Origin: Shigella phage SSE1
Strand: one strand, 5' to 3'
Sequence record: MK639187
Length of the DNA: 64,000 nt
This document shows, piece after piece, positions 40,911-49,767 of this stretch (the stretch's first letter is position 1; the number at the start of each line of letters is the position of its first letter). A model generated the notes under the pieces. That model ran no database searches. It had not been told where the DNA came from and worked only from the letters and a program-made list of their open reading frames with translations. A program made the translations under genes and the position numbers.

Positions 40911-41186
40911 ATGTTCCCAACTTATTCTGAAATTGTAAAGGTAGTCTTCAGTCAGATTATTGCTAATAATATGTTTGAAGTGCTTGATAATGCAGCCGAA
41001 CTCAGAGTTCATGCTCAACTAACTCATGTACTCAATGCTTTGCTCCCAGACCAAGTAGATTCTATTGCTATTACTCTTCTCCCTGGGTCTGCACACGTCA
41101 TAGTGGTATTTGATCTTGACGGCGATTTAGTTATCCAATGTGATATCAATTTCGGTACACAAAAAATTGAATGCAAAGCAATTTAA
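40911..41186 (+). CDS. hypothetical protein
   Basis: 91-aa ORF. Confidence 0.4.
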   Translation: MFPTYSEIVKVVFSQIIANNMFEVLDNAAELRVHAQLTHVLNALLPDQVDSIAITLLPGSAHVIVVFDLDGDLVIQCDINFGTQKIECKAI

Positions 41187-41188
41187 TG

Positions 41189-41227
41189 GTTTACAACATG
41201 GTGGAGTTGTGATACTATAACTCTACC
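41189..41227 (+). promoter_or_regulatory. early promoter (GTTTACA, TACTAT) with inverted repeat around the -10
   Basis: GGTGGAGTT 41201-41209 pairs with AACTCTACC 41219-41227 (8 of 9). Confidence 0.5.
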
Positions 41228-41246
41228 AACAAATGAGGAAATAGAA

Positions 41247-41483
41247 ATGCTAAGTGAAAACCCAATTACAGTACACGAATTTCAGATTAAAGTAAAAGAA
41301 TTTGCTCAAGCACTCATCAATAAAGTGTCTGAACGTTTCCAAGATGCAACATTACGAGTTATTCAAGAATCTCCACGTTCTTTTCTCATAATCGTTAATC
41401 CTAAAGATGGTGACCAAATTACTAATCTTAAATTAGGCAGTGATGGTCTTGTTGAAGCAACTCGAGTATATGGAACACTATAA
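41247..41483 (+). CDS. hypothetical small protein
   Basis: 78-aa ORF. Confidence 0.4.
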   Translation: MLSENPITVHEFQIKVKEFAQALINKVSERFQDATLRVIQESPRSFLIIVNPKDGDQITNLKLGSDGLVEATRVYGTL

Positions 41484-41603
41484 TGAGAGCTATCTCATTA
41501 CTATCGTGAATGGTCATAAATCTGAGCACTACCAACTTAGCCTGTCTAATCCGGTTAAAGGTATTGTTGAATCAGAATCTGTTTATATCTCCTAAGGATT
41601 GTT

Positions 41604-42596
41604 ATGTTACCTGTCATCAGAAAACTTATTTCTCCAAAAGAACTGGCTGAGATTATTCCTTTGTCGGAAGCTTACGCATCACAAGTGGCTTCTCATCGCG
41701 AACAAGTTAATTCGATTATGAACGGTGAAGACCCACGCAAACTTATTGTTGTAGGTCCTTGTTCAATTCATGACCCTATTGCTGCTGTTGAATACGGCAA
41801 ACGTCTGGCTGAACTTCAAACTCGTCTTCCTAATGTTCTGTTAGTGATGCGCGTTTATTTTGAAAAGCCTCGAACTACCGTAGGTTGGAAAGGTCTTGTA
41901 AATGATCCATATCTTGACGGAAGTTTTGATATGAACCACGGTCTTATAGTTGCACGAACATTGTGTCGTAAACTTCTACGTATGGGACTTCCATTAGCAA
42001 CTGAAGTATTAGACCCATTCACGATTAAGTATCTTTCTGGTATTTTCTCATGGGTTGCTATTGGCGCCCGTACGACTGAAAGTCAGACACATCGTGAAAT
42101 TGCTTCAGGTCTACCGATGTGCGTAGGCTTCAAGAACGCAACCAATGGTTCTATTAAAGTAGCTACAGACGCGATGTATAGTGCCGCCTGGCCTCATCGG
42201 TATATGGGTATGGACGTCGATGGTACTGTAGGCATTGTTGAAGCTGAAGGTAATCAGAATACGCATATCGTATTGCGTGGCGGGACTAACGGCCCGAACT
42301 ATCATTCTTCTGATATTCAAGAAGCTTCTAACAAAGCAAGTGCATTAGGTCTGAATCATTATGTAATGGTTGACTGTAGCCATGCAAACGCTGATGGGTA
42401 TTATAGCAATCAAATTGGTATTGGTAAAAATTTAGCAGCTAATGATTTGGTCAAAGGAATTATGATAGAATCATTCCTACATGAAGGAAATCAAAAAATT
42501 TCTGATAATATGTCCTATGGCGTTTCCGTTACCGATGCGTGCATCGGTTGGGAACAAACTAAAGAGCTGTTAACTTATATTAATAAGGTTCAATAA
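41604..42596 (+). CDS. DAHP synthase homolog (3-deoxy-7-phosphoheptulonate synthase, class I AroG/F/H-like)
   Basis: 330 aa; blocks VVGPCSIHD, MRVYFEKPRTTVGWKGLVNDP, IGARTTESQTHRE, DCSHAN and ESFLHEGNQ correspond to conserved class I DAHP synthase / KDO8P synthase family segments. Confidence 0.8.
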   Translation: MLPVIRKLISPKELAEIIPLSEAYASQVASHREQVNSIMNGEDPRKLIVVGPCSIHDPIAAVEYGKRLAELQTRLPNVLLVMRVYFEKPRTTVGWKGLVNDPYLDGSFDMNHGLIVARTLCRKLLRMGLPLATEVLDPFTIKYLSGIFSWVAIGARTTESQTHREIASGLPMCVGFKNATNGSIKVATDAMYSAAWPHRYMGMDVDGTVGIVEAEGNQNTHIVLRGGTNGPNYHSSDIQEASNKASALGLNHYVMVDCSHANADGYYSNQIGIGKNLAANDLVKGIMIESFLHEGNQKISDNMSYGVSVTDACIGWEQTKELLTYINKVQ

Positions 42597-43177
42597 TGAA
42601 AGCTAGCACATATCTTCAAATTGCTTATTTGATTTCTCAAGAATCAAAATGTTGTTCATGGAAAGTTGGTGCCGTCATTGAAAAAGATGGACGCATTATC
42701 TCTACTGGATATAATGGCTCACCCGCAGGTGGCGTTAACTGTTGTGAACATGCATCCGAAAATGGTTGGTTGAAGAATAAACCAAGCCCGGTCATCGTTG
42801 CTGGACATAAAGAAGGCACTACAGCATTTGGACGGGCAGATAATTTTGTTTTGGCTAAAGAACATCGGGCCGCTCATAGTGCATGGTCTGCTAATAATGA
42901 AATCCATGCAGAATTGAATGCAATTTTGTTTGCAGCTCGTAAAGGTAATTCTATTGAAGGTGCTACGTTATATACTACGCTTTCTCCATGTCCTGATTGC
43001 ACTAAAGCTATTACGCAGTCAGGTATTAAAAAGGTTGTATACGCAGAATTATACGATCGATCTCCTGAAAATTGGGCAGACATTCTAAAACAAGCCGGTA
43101 TTGAAGTAATTCAGTACTCTCGTAATAATCTTCGTTCTCTGAATTGGGAACAAATCCGAAACTTTTGTGGTGAATAA
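42596..43177 (+). CDS. cd: dCMP deaminase
   Basis: 193 aa, same length as T4 Cd; zinc-binding deaminase motifs HAELNA and PCPDC. Confidence 0.92.
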   Translation: MKASTYLQIAYLISQESKCCSWKVGAVIEKDGRIISTGYNGSPAGGVNCCEHASENGWLKNKPSPVIVAGHKEGTTAFGRADNFVLAKEHRAAHSAWSANNEIHAELNAILFAARKGNSIEGATLYTTLSPCPDCTKAITQSGIKKVVYAELYDRSPENWADILKQAGIEVIQYSRNNLRSLNWEQIRNFCGE

Positions 43178-43178
43178 T

Positions 43179-43475
43179 ATGATTTTAACTGAACAAGAAA
43201 CTATGGTTCTTCGTGAACGTATTAAAACTATTCTGTCTGTAGGCGTTCATTGTGTTGTATTTGAAAAGGCTAACGGCGAGGTACGCACTATGTTTGCTTC
43301 GCGCGATGAACTTGAAGTCAAATATGAAAATAACAATCCAGCAACAGAAGTTCGTTATGAACCTCGTGAATCAGTTCGAGCATTCGATACCAAGTTAGGC
43401 CAGTGGCGTTCTTTCCGCCTTGATAAAGTAATTTCGGTTGATGGTACTCCGGCGGAACGTTTGCTTCTTATGTAA
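43179..43475 (+). CDS. hypothetical protein
   Basis: 98 aa from the ATG at 43179 overlapping the cd stop. Confidence 0.4.
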   Translation: MILTEQETMVLRERIKTILSVGVHCVVFEKANGEVRTMFASRDELEVKYENNNPATEVRYEPRESVRAFDTKLGQWRSFRLDKVISVDGTPAERLLLM

Positions 43476-43532
43476 TATGCTTTACGAATAGTATGGTATT
43501 ATTAATCTATCGTCAAACAACAAGGAAATAAG

Positions 43533-43865
43533 ATGTCTGAAGTACAACTCCCAATTCGTGCTGTTGGTGAATATGTCATTCTGGTTTCTGAACCCGCTCA
43601 AGCAGGTGATGAAGAAGTTACAGAATCAGGACTTGTGATTGGTAAACGTGTTCAAGGTGAAGTTCCTGAACTATGTGTAGTTCATTCTGTAGGTCCTGAT
43701 GTTCCTGAAGGTTTTGTTGAAGTCGGTGATTTGACTCCACTACCAGTTGGACAAATTCGAAATGTTCCACATCCATTTGTGGCTTTGGGACTTAAACAAC
43801 CTAAAGAAATTAAACAGAAATTCGTAACATGCCACTATAAAGCTATTCCGTGTCTTTATAAGTGA
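43533..43865 (+). CDS. 31: gp31 co-chaperonin (GroES-like)
   Basis: 110 aa; [40 protein letters not shown]... matches recalled T4 gp31 (111 aa). Confidence 0.9.
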   Translation: MSEVQLPIRAVGEYVILVSEPAQAGDEEVTESGLVIGKRVQGEVPELCVVHSVGPDVPEGFVEVGDLTPLPVGQIRNVPHPFVALGLKQPKEIKQKFVTCHYKAIPCLYK

Positions 43866-43989
43866 TATAAATAACTATATGAAGAGAACACTCTTCTAAG
43901 CGGTAGCCTACAACTGAGAGTCTTGTCGAAAGAAAGTGAAATTCAGAAGAACGTGGCTACTAAATATTATCTCGAATTGAGAATTTAAA

Positions 43990-44238
43990 ATGATTAAACA
44001 ATTACAACACGCTCTTGAACTGCAACGCCATGCATGGAATAATGGCCATGACAATTATGGTGCATCTATTGATGTTGAAGCCGAAGCTCTTGAAATCTTA
44101 CAGTATTTCAAACATCTGAATCCAGCACAAGCCGATCTTCGCGATATCCTGGTCCAGAAAGATGAATTGAAATATGCTAAGCCTCTGGCTTCTGCCGCAC
44201 GTAAAGCAGTACGTCATTTTATTATTACCCTGAAGTAA
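43990..44238 (+). CDS. rIII: rIII lysis inhibition accessory protein
   Basis: 82 aa, same length and position as T4 rIII. Confidence 0.8.
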   Translation: MIKQLQHALELQRHAWNNGHDNYGASIDVEAEALEILQYFKHLNPAQADLRDILVQKDELKYAKPLASAARKAVRHFIITLK

Positions 44239-44506
44239 GCTAAATCGAGGAGCCGTCGAATTGTCTGATTATCGATTTGCGAATCGGTATGTTTTAGAAG
44301 TACCGCCCCGACAATTTTACGGTGTACCTCTTGAATGTATTTTGTACTATCACGCGTCAGAAAAGGGTTATCTGTTTAAGTCGTGGTTGGTATGATGACG
44401 GGTTTATGGTTATCCTGTCGTTAAATATCCAAAACCTATGTTCCCCTTGAGGGCTTGCGCAGGCAATGTCAATAAGTCCTGCATTTTCATTTAAAGAGAA
44501 TTTATA

Positions 44507-44686
44507 ATGGCAAAACAAGCTAAAGCAAAGAAAGCAGTAGAAAAGAAAGTTGATGGTACCTCTAAACGCGCTGGATACAAGCGTGGGTCGAACTCTCGTA
44601 TTAATCAAACAGTTGAGAAGATCATGCGCAGAGCACGTGCAGTTCTTCGAGATGATGCTTCTCGTTTTGGAAAGGTTGCTGCATAA
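44507..44686 (+). CDS. small basic protein (unknown function)
   Basis: 59-aa ORF below the track cutoff; MAKQAKAKKAVEKKVDGTSKRAGYKRGSNSRINQ...; followed directly by a strong terminator. Confidence 0.45.
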   Translation: MAKQAKAKKAVEKKVDGTSKRAGYKRGSNSRINQTVEKIMRRARAVLRDDASRFGKVAA

Positions 44687-44691
44687 TTTTA

Positions 44692-44714
44692 GGGAGACTT
44701 CGGTCTCCCTTTTG
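44692..44714 (+). terminator. intrinsic terminator, UUCG tetraloop hairpin
   Basis: GGGAGACTTCGGTCTCCC followed by TTTT; identical hairpin to the one at 29070. Confidence 0.75.
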
Positions 44715-44746
44715 TGCGTTTAGGGCAGAAAAAGTTTAAAAAAGAT

Positions 44747-44775
44747 GTTTACTCTCCTGTAGGATGTGTTACTAT
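44747..44775 (+). promoter_or_regulatory. early promoter (GTTTAC, TACTAT)
   Basis: 17-bp spacing. Confidence 0.5.
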
Positions 44776-44816
44776 AGACTTGTACCACCTAATCAATAAA
44801 ACAATCGGAGAATAAA

Positions 44817-45185
44817 ATGAAAATCAATCTGAACTCATACATCAAATGTAAAGACCACGACGGTTATAAAGCTATCGAAATTAAAGAATTCCAGTGGATG
44901 TTATACAAAGAGCAATTTGAGTTCGTAGGTTGTATGACCCCTGAAGGTCCTTCAGATGATTTCTCTTGGAAAATTGTGTTAGCAAACTTTTTCACAGGTG
45001 ACACATACGAATTAAAAACTATTATTACCGGTAAAATTCGTTCAGAAACATATGTTGACGAAGAAACTGGTTACTCTGAAGATGTTACATGGTATCAAAA
45101 TGGACGCATTACAGCAGATAACCTGATCGAAAAAATGAAAGCCAAAGGTGTTTTAAATTTAGACAATTGGATTAAAGTTGCATAA
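44817..45185 (+). CDS. hypothetical protein
   Basis: 122-aa ORF. Confidence 0.45.
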   Translation: MKINLNSYIKCKDHDGYKAIEIKEFQWMLYKEQFEFVGCMTPEGPSDDFSWKIVLANFFTGDTYELKTIITGKIRSETYVDEETGYSEDVTWYQNGRITADNLIEKMKAKGVLNLDNWIKVA

Positions 45186-45189
45186 AACA

Positions 45190-45229
45190 GTTTACTTTGG
45201 TACAGGTTATGTTATTATAGACCTGTACC
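45190..45229 (+). promoter_or_regulatory. early promoter (GTTTAC, TATTAT) with perfect 9-bp inverted repeat around the -10
   Basis: GGTACAGGT 45199-45207 pairs with ACCTGTACC 45221-45229. Confidence 0.55.
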
Positions 45230-45259
45230 AACAAACAACTTAAACATCTGGAGAATAAA

Positions 45260-45625
45260 ATGAACTACACCAACTTCGAACGCAAATATGTTTCTAATGG
45301 TATCGCTGGTTCTATCGATATGGTTTGTTTGTGGAAGCATAAAAATGGTTCAGTATGTGAAATTGAGCAGTGCATGACTCCTAATTATGTTTATATGCGA
45401 TTTGAAAATGGCATCACGGTTTCAATCACGATGGAAGGTTCAAATTTTAAAATTGCATTAGATGATGATTTCCGTCAGCGTGATTTAGGTACTCATCCTT
45501 GCTGGAACGGTGTTAATCGTAAACTTCTGGTTAAAACTTGGATTCGTCATATCCTGAGTAACCGAGCTAAACATGAACATCTCGAAGCAATCTTTGATGT
45601 AGTTCTTAACGAATTTGATATCTAA
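45260..45625 (+). CDS. hypothetical protein
   Basis: 121-aa ORF. Confidence 0.45.
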   Translation: MNYTNFERKYVSNGIAGSIDMVCLWKHKNGSVCEIEQCMTPNYVYMRFENGITVSITMEGSNFKIALDDDFRQRDLGTHPCWNGVNRKLLVKTWIRHILSNRAKHEHLEAIFDVVLNEFDI

Positions 45626-45660
45626 TTTAACTGGGAGCCGAAGCTCCCATTGAGGAAATT

Positions 45661-46275
45661 ATGTTTAAAGTTAATACTTTTTATAAAATGAATTTTAAAA
45701 ATGGGGATATTACTCCACGCCTTAAAAACATGTTCTCATATGACCTTATCGAGCCTTTTGAAGTTTTAGAAGTTACTGATGCTGGCTCAGTTTGTGAAAT
45801 TAGAACGTCTGAAGGTAAAATTTATCAGGCAGGTGTTGGTAAATTCAGTAATTGTTTTACTTTAATATTCTCGACTGATTTAGATGAGCATTTTATTGAA
45901 TGTCCTAACCCTAAGGTCTACGAAGTTCCACATCAAGAAACTAAGAAAAATGGCCCACACGAATATACGAAGGTTGAAACTCCTAACGGCGTGATGTGGC
46001 GTCATAACTCTCCTTTTGGAAGTAAAGGAACATTTGCTCAACCGTCTAAACCGTATGACGATGAAAAATACATCGTCGTCTTTTTATCTGAACAGGGTAC
46101 TCAAGACCGTGGATGCCAACGAAGTGGTTTACTAAGTGAACTTGAAGCTCATAACCAAGCACGTGAATTCGTTGAGAAAAATCCTGGTTCTGAAGCTCTA
46201 GTCATGAAAGCAATTACTCAATATATCACTGCTCAACCTGTTGTTCATCCGGTAGAAATTAATTTCGTTAAGTAG
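45661..46275 (+). CDS. hypothetical protein
   Basis: 204-aa ORF with AGGAAA spacer. Confidence 0.5.
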   Translation: MFKVNTFYKMNFKNGDITPRLKNMFSYDLIEPFEVLEVTDAGSVCEIRTSEGKIYQAGVGKFSNCFTLIFSTDLDEHFIECPNPKVYEVPHQETKKNGPHEYTKVETPNGVMWRHNSPFGSKGTFAQPSKPYDDEKYIVVFLSEQGTQDRGCQRSGLLSELEAHNQAREFVEKNPGSEALVMKAITQYITAQPVVHPVEINFVK

Positions 46276-46305
46276 TTTACATCCAAGGACGGATTAGAGT
46301 ATAAC
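46275..46305 (+). promoter_or_regulatory. early promoter (GTTTACA, TATAAC)
   Basis: 19-bp spacing. Confidence 0.4.
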
Positions 46306-46329
46306 GATTTCTTTAGTAAGTGGAAAAAT

Positions 46330-46527
46330 ATGAAATTTTTAATAGCACAAACAGTCCAATTAAAAGGTGTTGGAATTCCTGGGGTGATTTTTAAAGTTCT
46401 CCCTGAATTTAAAACCGCCGCTGGAATTATCAATGAAGCGTATGCTGTTCAATGGGTTGATTGGACTTCTGACATACGTATGGGTAAAGAGTTATCTCCT
46501 ATTAAAGGGTTGAAACATGTTGAATAA
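46330..46527 (+). CDS. hypothetical small protein
   Basis: 65-aa ORF. Confidence 0.4.
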   Translation: MKFLIAQTVQLKGVGIPGVIFKVLPEFKTAAGIINEAYAVQWVDWTSDIRMGKELSPIKGLKHVE

Positions 46528-46735
46528 ATTAATCCAGAAATTGTTTGGTACGGAAATGATCGAAGTTACTTATCGTGTAACAGACGTTTTTCCATATTAT
46601 GCAGAAAACCGTTTAGAACCATATGTTACGTCAATTAAAATTCCTAAAAATGACGGAAATTTATCTATCGAAGACCGTATACCTGGATATGGCCATTGGG
46701 CCGATGTTGAAATTATAAGTGTTAAAGATGTCTGA
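46517..46735 (+). CDS. hypothetical small protein
   Basis: 72-aa ORF. Confidence 0.4.
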   Translation: MLNKLIQKLFGTEMIEVTYRVTDVFPYYAENRLEPYVTSIKIPKNDGNLSIEDRIPGYGHWADVEIISVKDV

Positions 46736-47186
46736 ATTAGAAATAAGAAGCAATTTCAAATGGCCGTCATGCGCATTAAGTAACTTTGCTCAATGGCCTT
46801 TTGTTATGGATGGTATTCAATTCGGAGGACTTGAAGGATTTCTCCAAGGATGTAAGGTGAAAAATGTTGAACAGCAAAGACGCATATTTGGGATGTCTGG
46901 ATTGGCTGCACAGCAAGCTGGAAGGTCTTATGCAAGAGCTCAGGACCGTGGGACTCTCTTCTGGATAGGAGTTCCATTTTCAAGATACTCCGAAGCGTGG
47001 AAAGAATTATACACAAATGCATATTTTGAAGCCGCGATCCAAAATAAGGGGTTTCGTGATGCCTTACAAGCCTCTAAAGGAAAAATTTTGAAGCACAGCA
47101 TGGCTAGCGGTCTAACAAAAGATGATACAATACTAACCGAAGCTGAATTTATTGATGTGTTAAACCTATTAAGAGACTCTTTATGA
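46719..47186 (+). CDS. NADAR / YbiA-like (DUF1768) domain protein
   Basis: 155 aa; SNFAQWPFVMDGIQFGGLEGFLQGCKV parallels the E. coli YbiA segment DFSNFAAWPIKVDGKTWPTSEHYFQAQKF as recalled. Confidence 0.55.
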   Translation: MLKMSELEIRSNFKWPSCALSNFAQWPFVMDGIQFGGLEGFLQGCKVKNVEQQRRIFGMSGLAAQQAGRSYARAQDRGTLFWIGVPFSRYSEAWKELYTNAYFEAAIQNKGFRDALQASKGKILKHSMASGLTKDDTILTEAEFIDVLNLLRDSL

Positions 47187-47998
47187 AACCTACTATTTTG
47201 ACTGATATTGATGGTGTATGTTTAAGCTGGCAATCTGGACTTCCTTATTTTGCCCAAAAATATAATCTTCCATTAGAACATATTTTAAAAATGATTCAGG
47301 ACGAAAAATTTATTTCTCCTGGTAAACTATTCAATACCGACGATAACCTCGGTAAACAATTAATAGAAAAATATAATCGCTCTGATTTTATTCGTTACTT
47401 AGCGCCTTATTCGGATGCTCTTCGAGTTATCAATAAACTAAAAGAAGACTATAATTTTGTAGCCGTGACGGCGCTAGGTGATTCAATTGATGCTCGATTG
47501 AATAGACAATTTAATTTGAATGCTTTGTTCCCAGGCGCTTTCTCTGAAGTAATGATGTGTGGTCATGATTCTTCAAAGGAACAATTATTCGAACTAGCTA
47601 AAACAAAATATAACGTGATTTGTTACGTTGACGATTTAGCTCATCATTGTGACCATGCAGCAGAAATTCTTAATGTACCGATTTATTGGTTGGCTCGTGG
47701 TGAACGTGATGCCATTCCTCGTACTGCACAACGTGTACACACGTGGGATGATATTGAATCTCGTTTGGTTCCACCCGAGCATAATTCAGATTCAGATCGT
47801 GAAGACCTTTTAAAACGATTGGCGGATTTGCTTAAAGAATCTGGTACAACAAGTCCAGGTGCATGGCCTAATCAAATTGGCACTCCGTCGAATCCGTATA
47901 CCTGGCGAAACCAAGGACCAACCGATATGCAGCCATGGTGGACGATTCAAAACTTTCCTTTAGATTCGTCCAAATGGACTTGGTCTATAAATTGTTAA
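47183..47998 (+). CDS. HAD-superfamily hydrolase (nucleotidase-like)
   Basis: 271 aa; N-terminal LTDIDGV matches HAD motif I (DxDGT/V); start overlaps the upstream stop. Confidence 0.55.
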   Translation: MKPTILTDIDGVCLSWQSGLPYFAQKYNLPLEHILKMIQDEKFISPGKLFNTDDNLGKQLIEKYNRSDFIRYLAPYSDALRVINKLKEDYNFVAVTALGDSIDARLNRQFNLNALFPGAFSEVMMCGHDSSKEQLFELAKTKYNVICYVDDLAHHCDHAAEILNVPIYWLARGERDAIPRTAQRVHTWDDIESRLVPPEHNSDSDREDLLKRLADLLKESGTTSPGAWPNQIGTPSNPYTWRNQGPTDMQPWWTIQNFPLDSSKWTWSINC

Positions 47999-48007
47999 GG
48001 GTTAATT

Positions 48008-48277
48008 ATGTTTGTAGTTCATGATATTACAGATGGCAAAAACACAACGCGTGACTACGGTCACGTTAACATGTTCTTTCGAGACTGGCCATTGTTTCGT
48101 TCAGTAAAAGACGCAGAAATATTTAAAGAGTGTGTTGAACAAGGGTTCATCTACATTTCAGAATATTATGTTGAAGGTCTCGGTAAATGGATTACCACTT
48201 ATCAGAAAACGCTGAAATCGCTTCTAGATGAAGTGGCTTATAATAGAACCGTAACCAAAATCGAGGACATCAAATGA
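48008..48277 (+). CDS. hypothetical protein
   Basis: 89-aa ORF; stop overlaps the ligase start. Confidence 0.4.
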   Translation: MFVVHDITDGKNTTRDYGHVNMFFRDWPLFRSVKDAEIFKECVEQGFIYISEYYVEGLGKWITTYQKTLKSLLDEVAYNRTVTKIEDIK

Positions 48278-49767
48278 TTTTAGATATTTTAAACCAAATA
48301 GCTGCGATCGGTTCTACTAAAACAAAACAAGAAATCCTTAAGAAAAATAAAGACAACAAATTACTTGAACGTGTGTATCGTTTAACATATGCACGTGGTA
48401 TCCAGTATTATATTAAGAAATGGCCTGGACCGGGTGAAAGGTCTCAAGCGTATGGACTTCTTGAATTAGATGACATGTTGGATTTTATTGAGTTCACATT
48501 AGCCACTCGTAAACTCACTGGTAATGCCGCAATTAAAGAGCTCATGGGTTATATCGCTGACGGTAAACCTGATGATGTAGAAGTCCTTCGTCGTGTAATG
48601 ATGCGCGACCTTGAAGTAGGTGCTTCAGTGTCTATCGCGAATAAGGTGTGGCCTGGACTTATTCAATTGCAACCACAGATGTTAGCATCTGCATATGATG
48701 AGAAATTGATTACTAAAAATATTAAATGGCCTGCATTTGCCCAATTAAAAGCAGACGGTGCTCGTTGTTTCGCTGAAGTTCGCGATGATGGTGTTCAATT
48801 CTTTTCTCGTGCCGGTAACGAATATCACGGTCTTACTCTATTAGCGGATGAACTAATGGAAATGACTAAAGAAGCTCGTGAAAGACACCCTAATGGGGTT
48901 TTAATCGACGGTGAATTAGTTTATCATTCATTTGATATTAAAAAGGCTGTGAGCTCAGGAAATGACCTGTCGTTCTTATTTGGTGATAATGAAGAATCCG
49001 AAGAAGTACAAGTTGCAGACCGTAGCACTTCAAATGGTTTAGCAAATAAATCTCTTCAAGGGACTATTTCTCCTAAAGAAGCGGAAGGTATGGTTCTTCA
49101 AGCCTGGGACTATGTTCCTTTAGATGAAGTCTATTCTGATGGCAAAATTAAAGGTCAGAAATACGATGTTCGTTTTGCTGCTCTTGAAAATATGGCTGAA
49201 GGCTTTAAACGAATTGAGCCAATTGAAAATCAGTTAGTTCGTAATCTTGACGAAGCTAAAGTGGTTTATAAAAAATATGTTGACCAAGGTCTTGAAGGTA
49301 TTATCCTTAAAAACCGTGATTCATATTGGGAAAACAAACGCTCTAAGAACCTAATTAAATTTAAAGAAGTTATTGATATCGCTTTAGAAGTTGTAGGATA
49401 CTATGAACACTCTAAAGACCCTAACAAATTAGGTGGTGTCGAACTCGTATCACGTTGTCGTCGTATTACAACCGATTGTGGTTCAGGGTTTAAAGATACA
49501 ACTCATAAAACAGTTGACGGTGTAAAGGTTCTTATTCCTTTAGACGAGCGTCATGATTTGGACCGTGAACGATTAATGGCTGAAGCTCGTGAAGGTAAAT
49601 TGATTGGACGTATTGCTGATTGTGAATGCAATGGTTGGGTTCATTCTAAAGGACGTGAAGGCACTGTAGGTATTTTCCTTCCAATTATTAAAGGGTTCCG
49701 TTTTGATAAAACAGAAGCGGATTCATTTGAAGACGTATTTGGACCGTGGTCCCAGACAGGTTTATAA
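48274..49767 (+). CDS. 30: ATP-dependent DNA ligase
   Basis: 497 aa; adenylation motif KADGAR; T4 gp30 is 487 aa. Confidence 0.92.
   Translation: MILDILNQIAAIGSTKTKQEILKKNKDNKLLERVYRLTYARGIQYYIKKWPGPGERSQAYGLLELDDMLDFIEFTLATRKLTGNAAIKELMGYIADGKPDDVEVLRRVMMRDLEVGASVSIANKVWPGLIQLQPQMLASAYDEKLITKNIKWPAFAQLKADGARCFAEVRDDGVQFFSRAGNEYHGLTLLADELMEMTKEARERHPNGVLIDGELVYHSFDIKKAVSSGNDLSFLFGDNEESEEVQVADRSTSNGLANKSLQGTISPKEAEGMVLQAWDYVPLDEVYSDGKIKGQKYDVRFAALENMAEGFKRIEPIENQLVRNLDEAKVVYKKYVDQGLEGIILKNRDSYWENKRSKNLIKFKEVIDIALEVVGYYEHSKDPNKLGGVELVSRCRRITTDCGSGFKDTTHKTVDGVKVLIPLDERHDLDRERLMAEAREGKLIGRIADCECNGWVHSKGREGTVGIFLPIIKGFRFDKTEADSFEDVFGPWSQTGL

Noticed and set aside
44239-44506. tRNA or other structured RNA gene in the 268-bp gap
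   Set aside because: No cloverleaf-compatible arrangement or T-loop GTTCRANYC-type motif was found by eye; retained only as an unexplained gap in the findings.
44357-44608. 83-aa ORF on the - strand in the rIII-downstream gap
   Set aside because: It is antisense to the surrounding early-direction genes, overlaps the better-supported + strand basic ORF, has no ribosome-binding site, and its translation is low-complexity.
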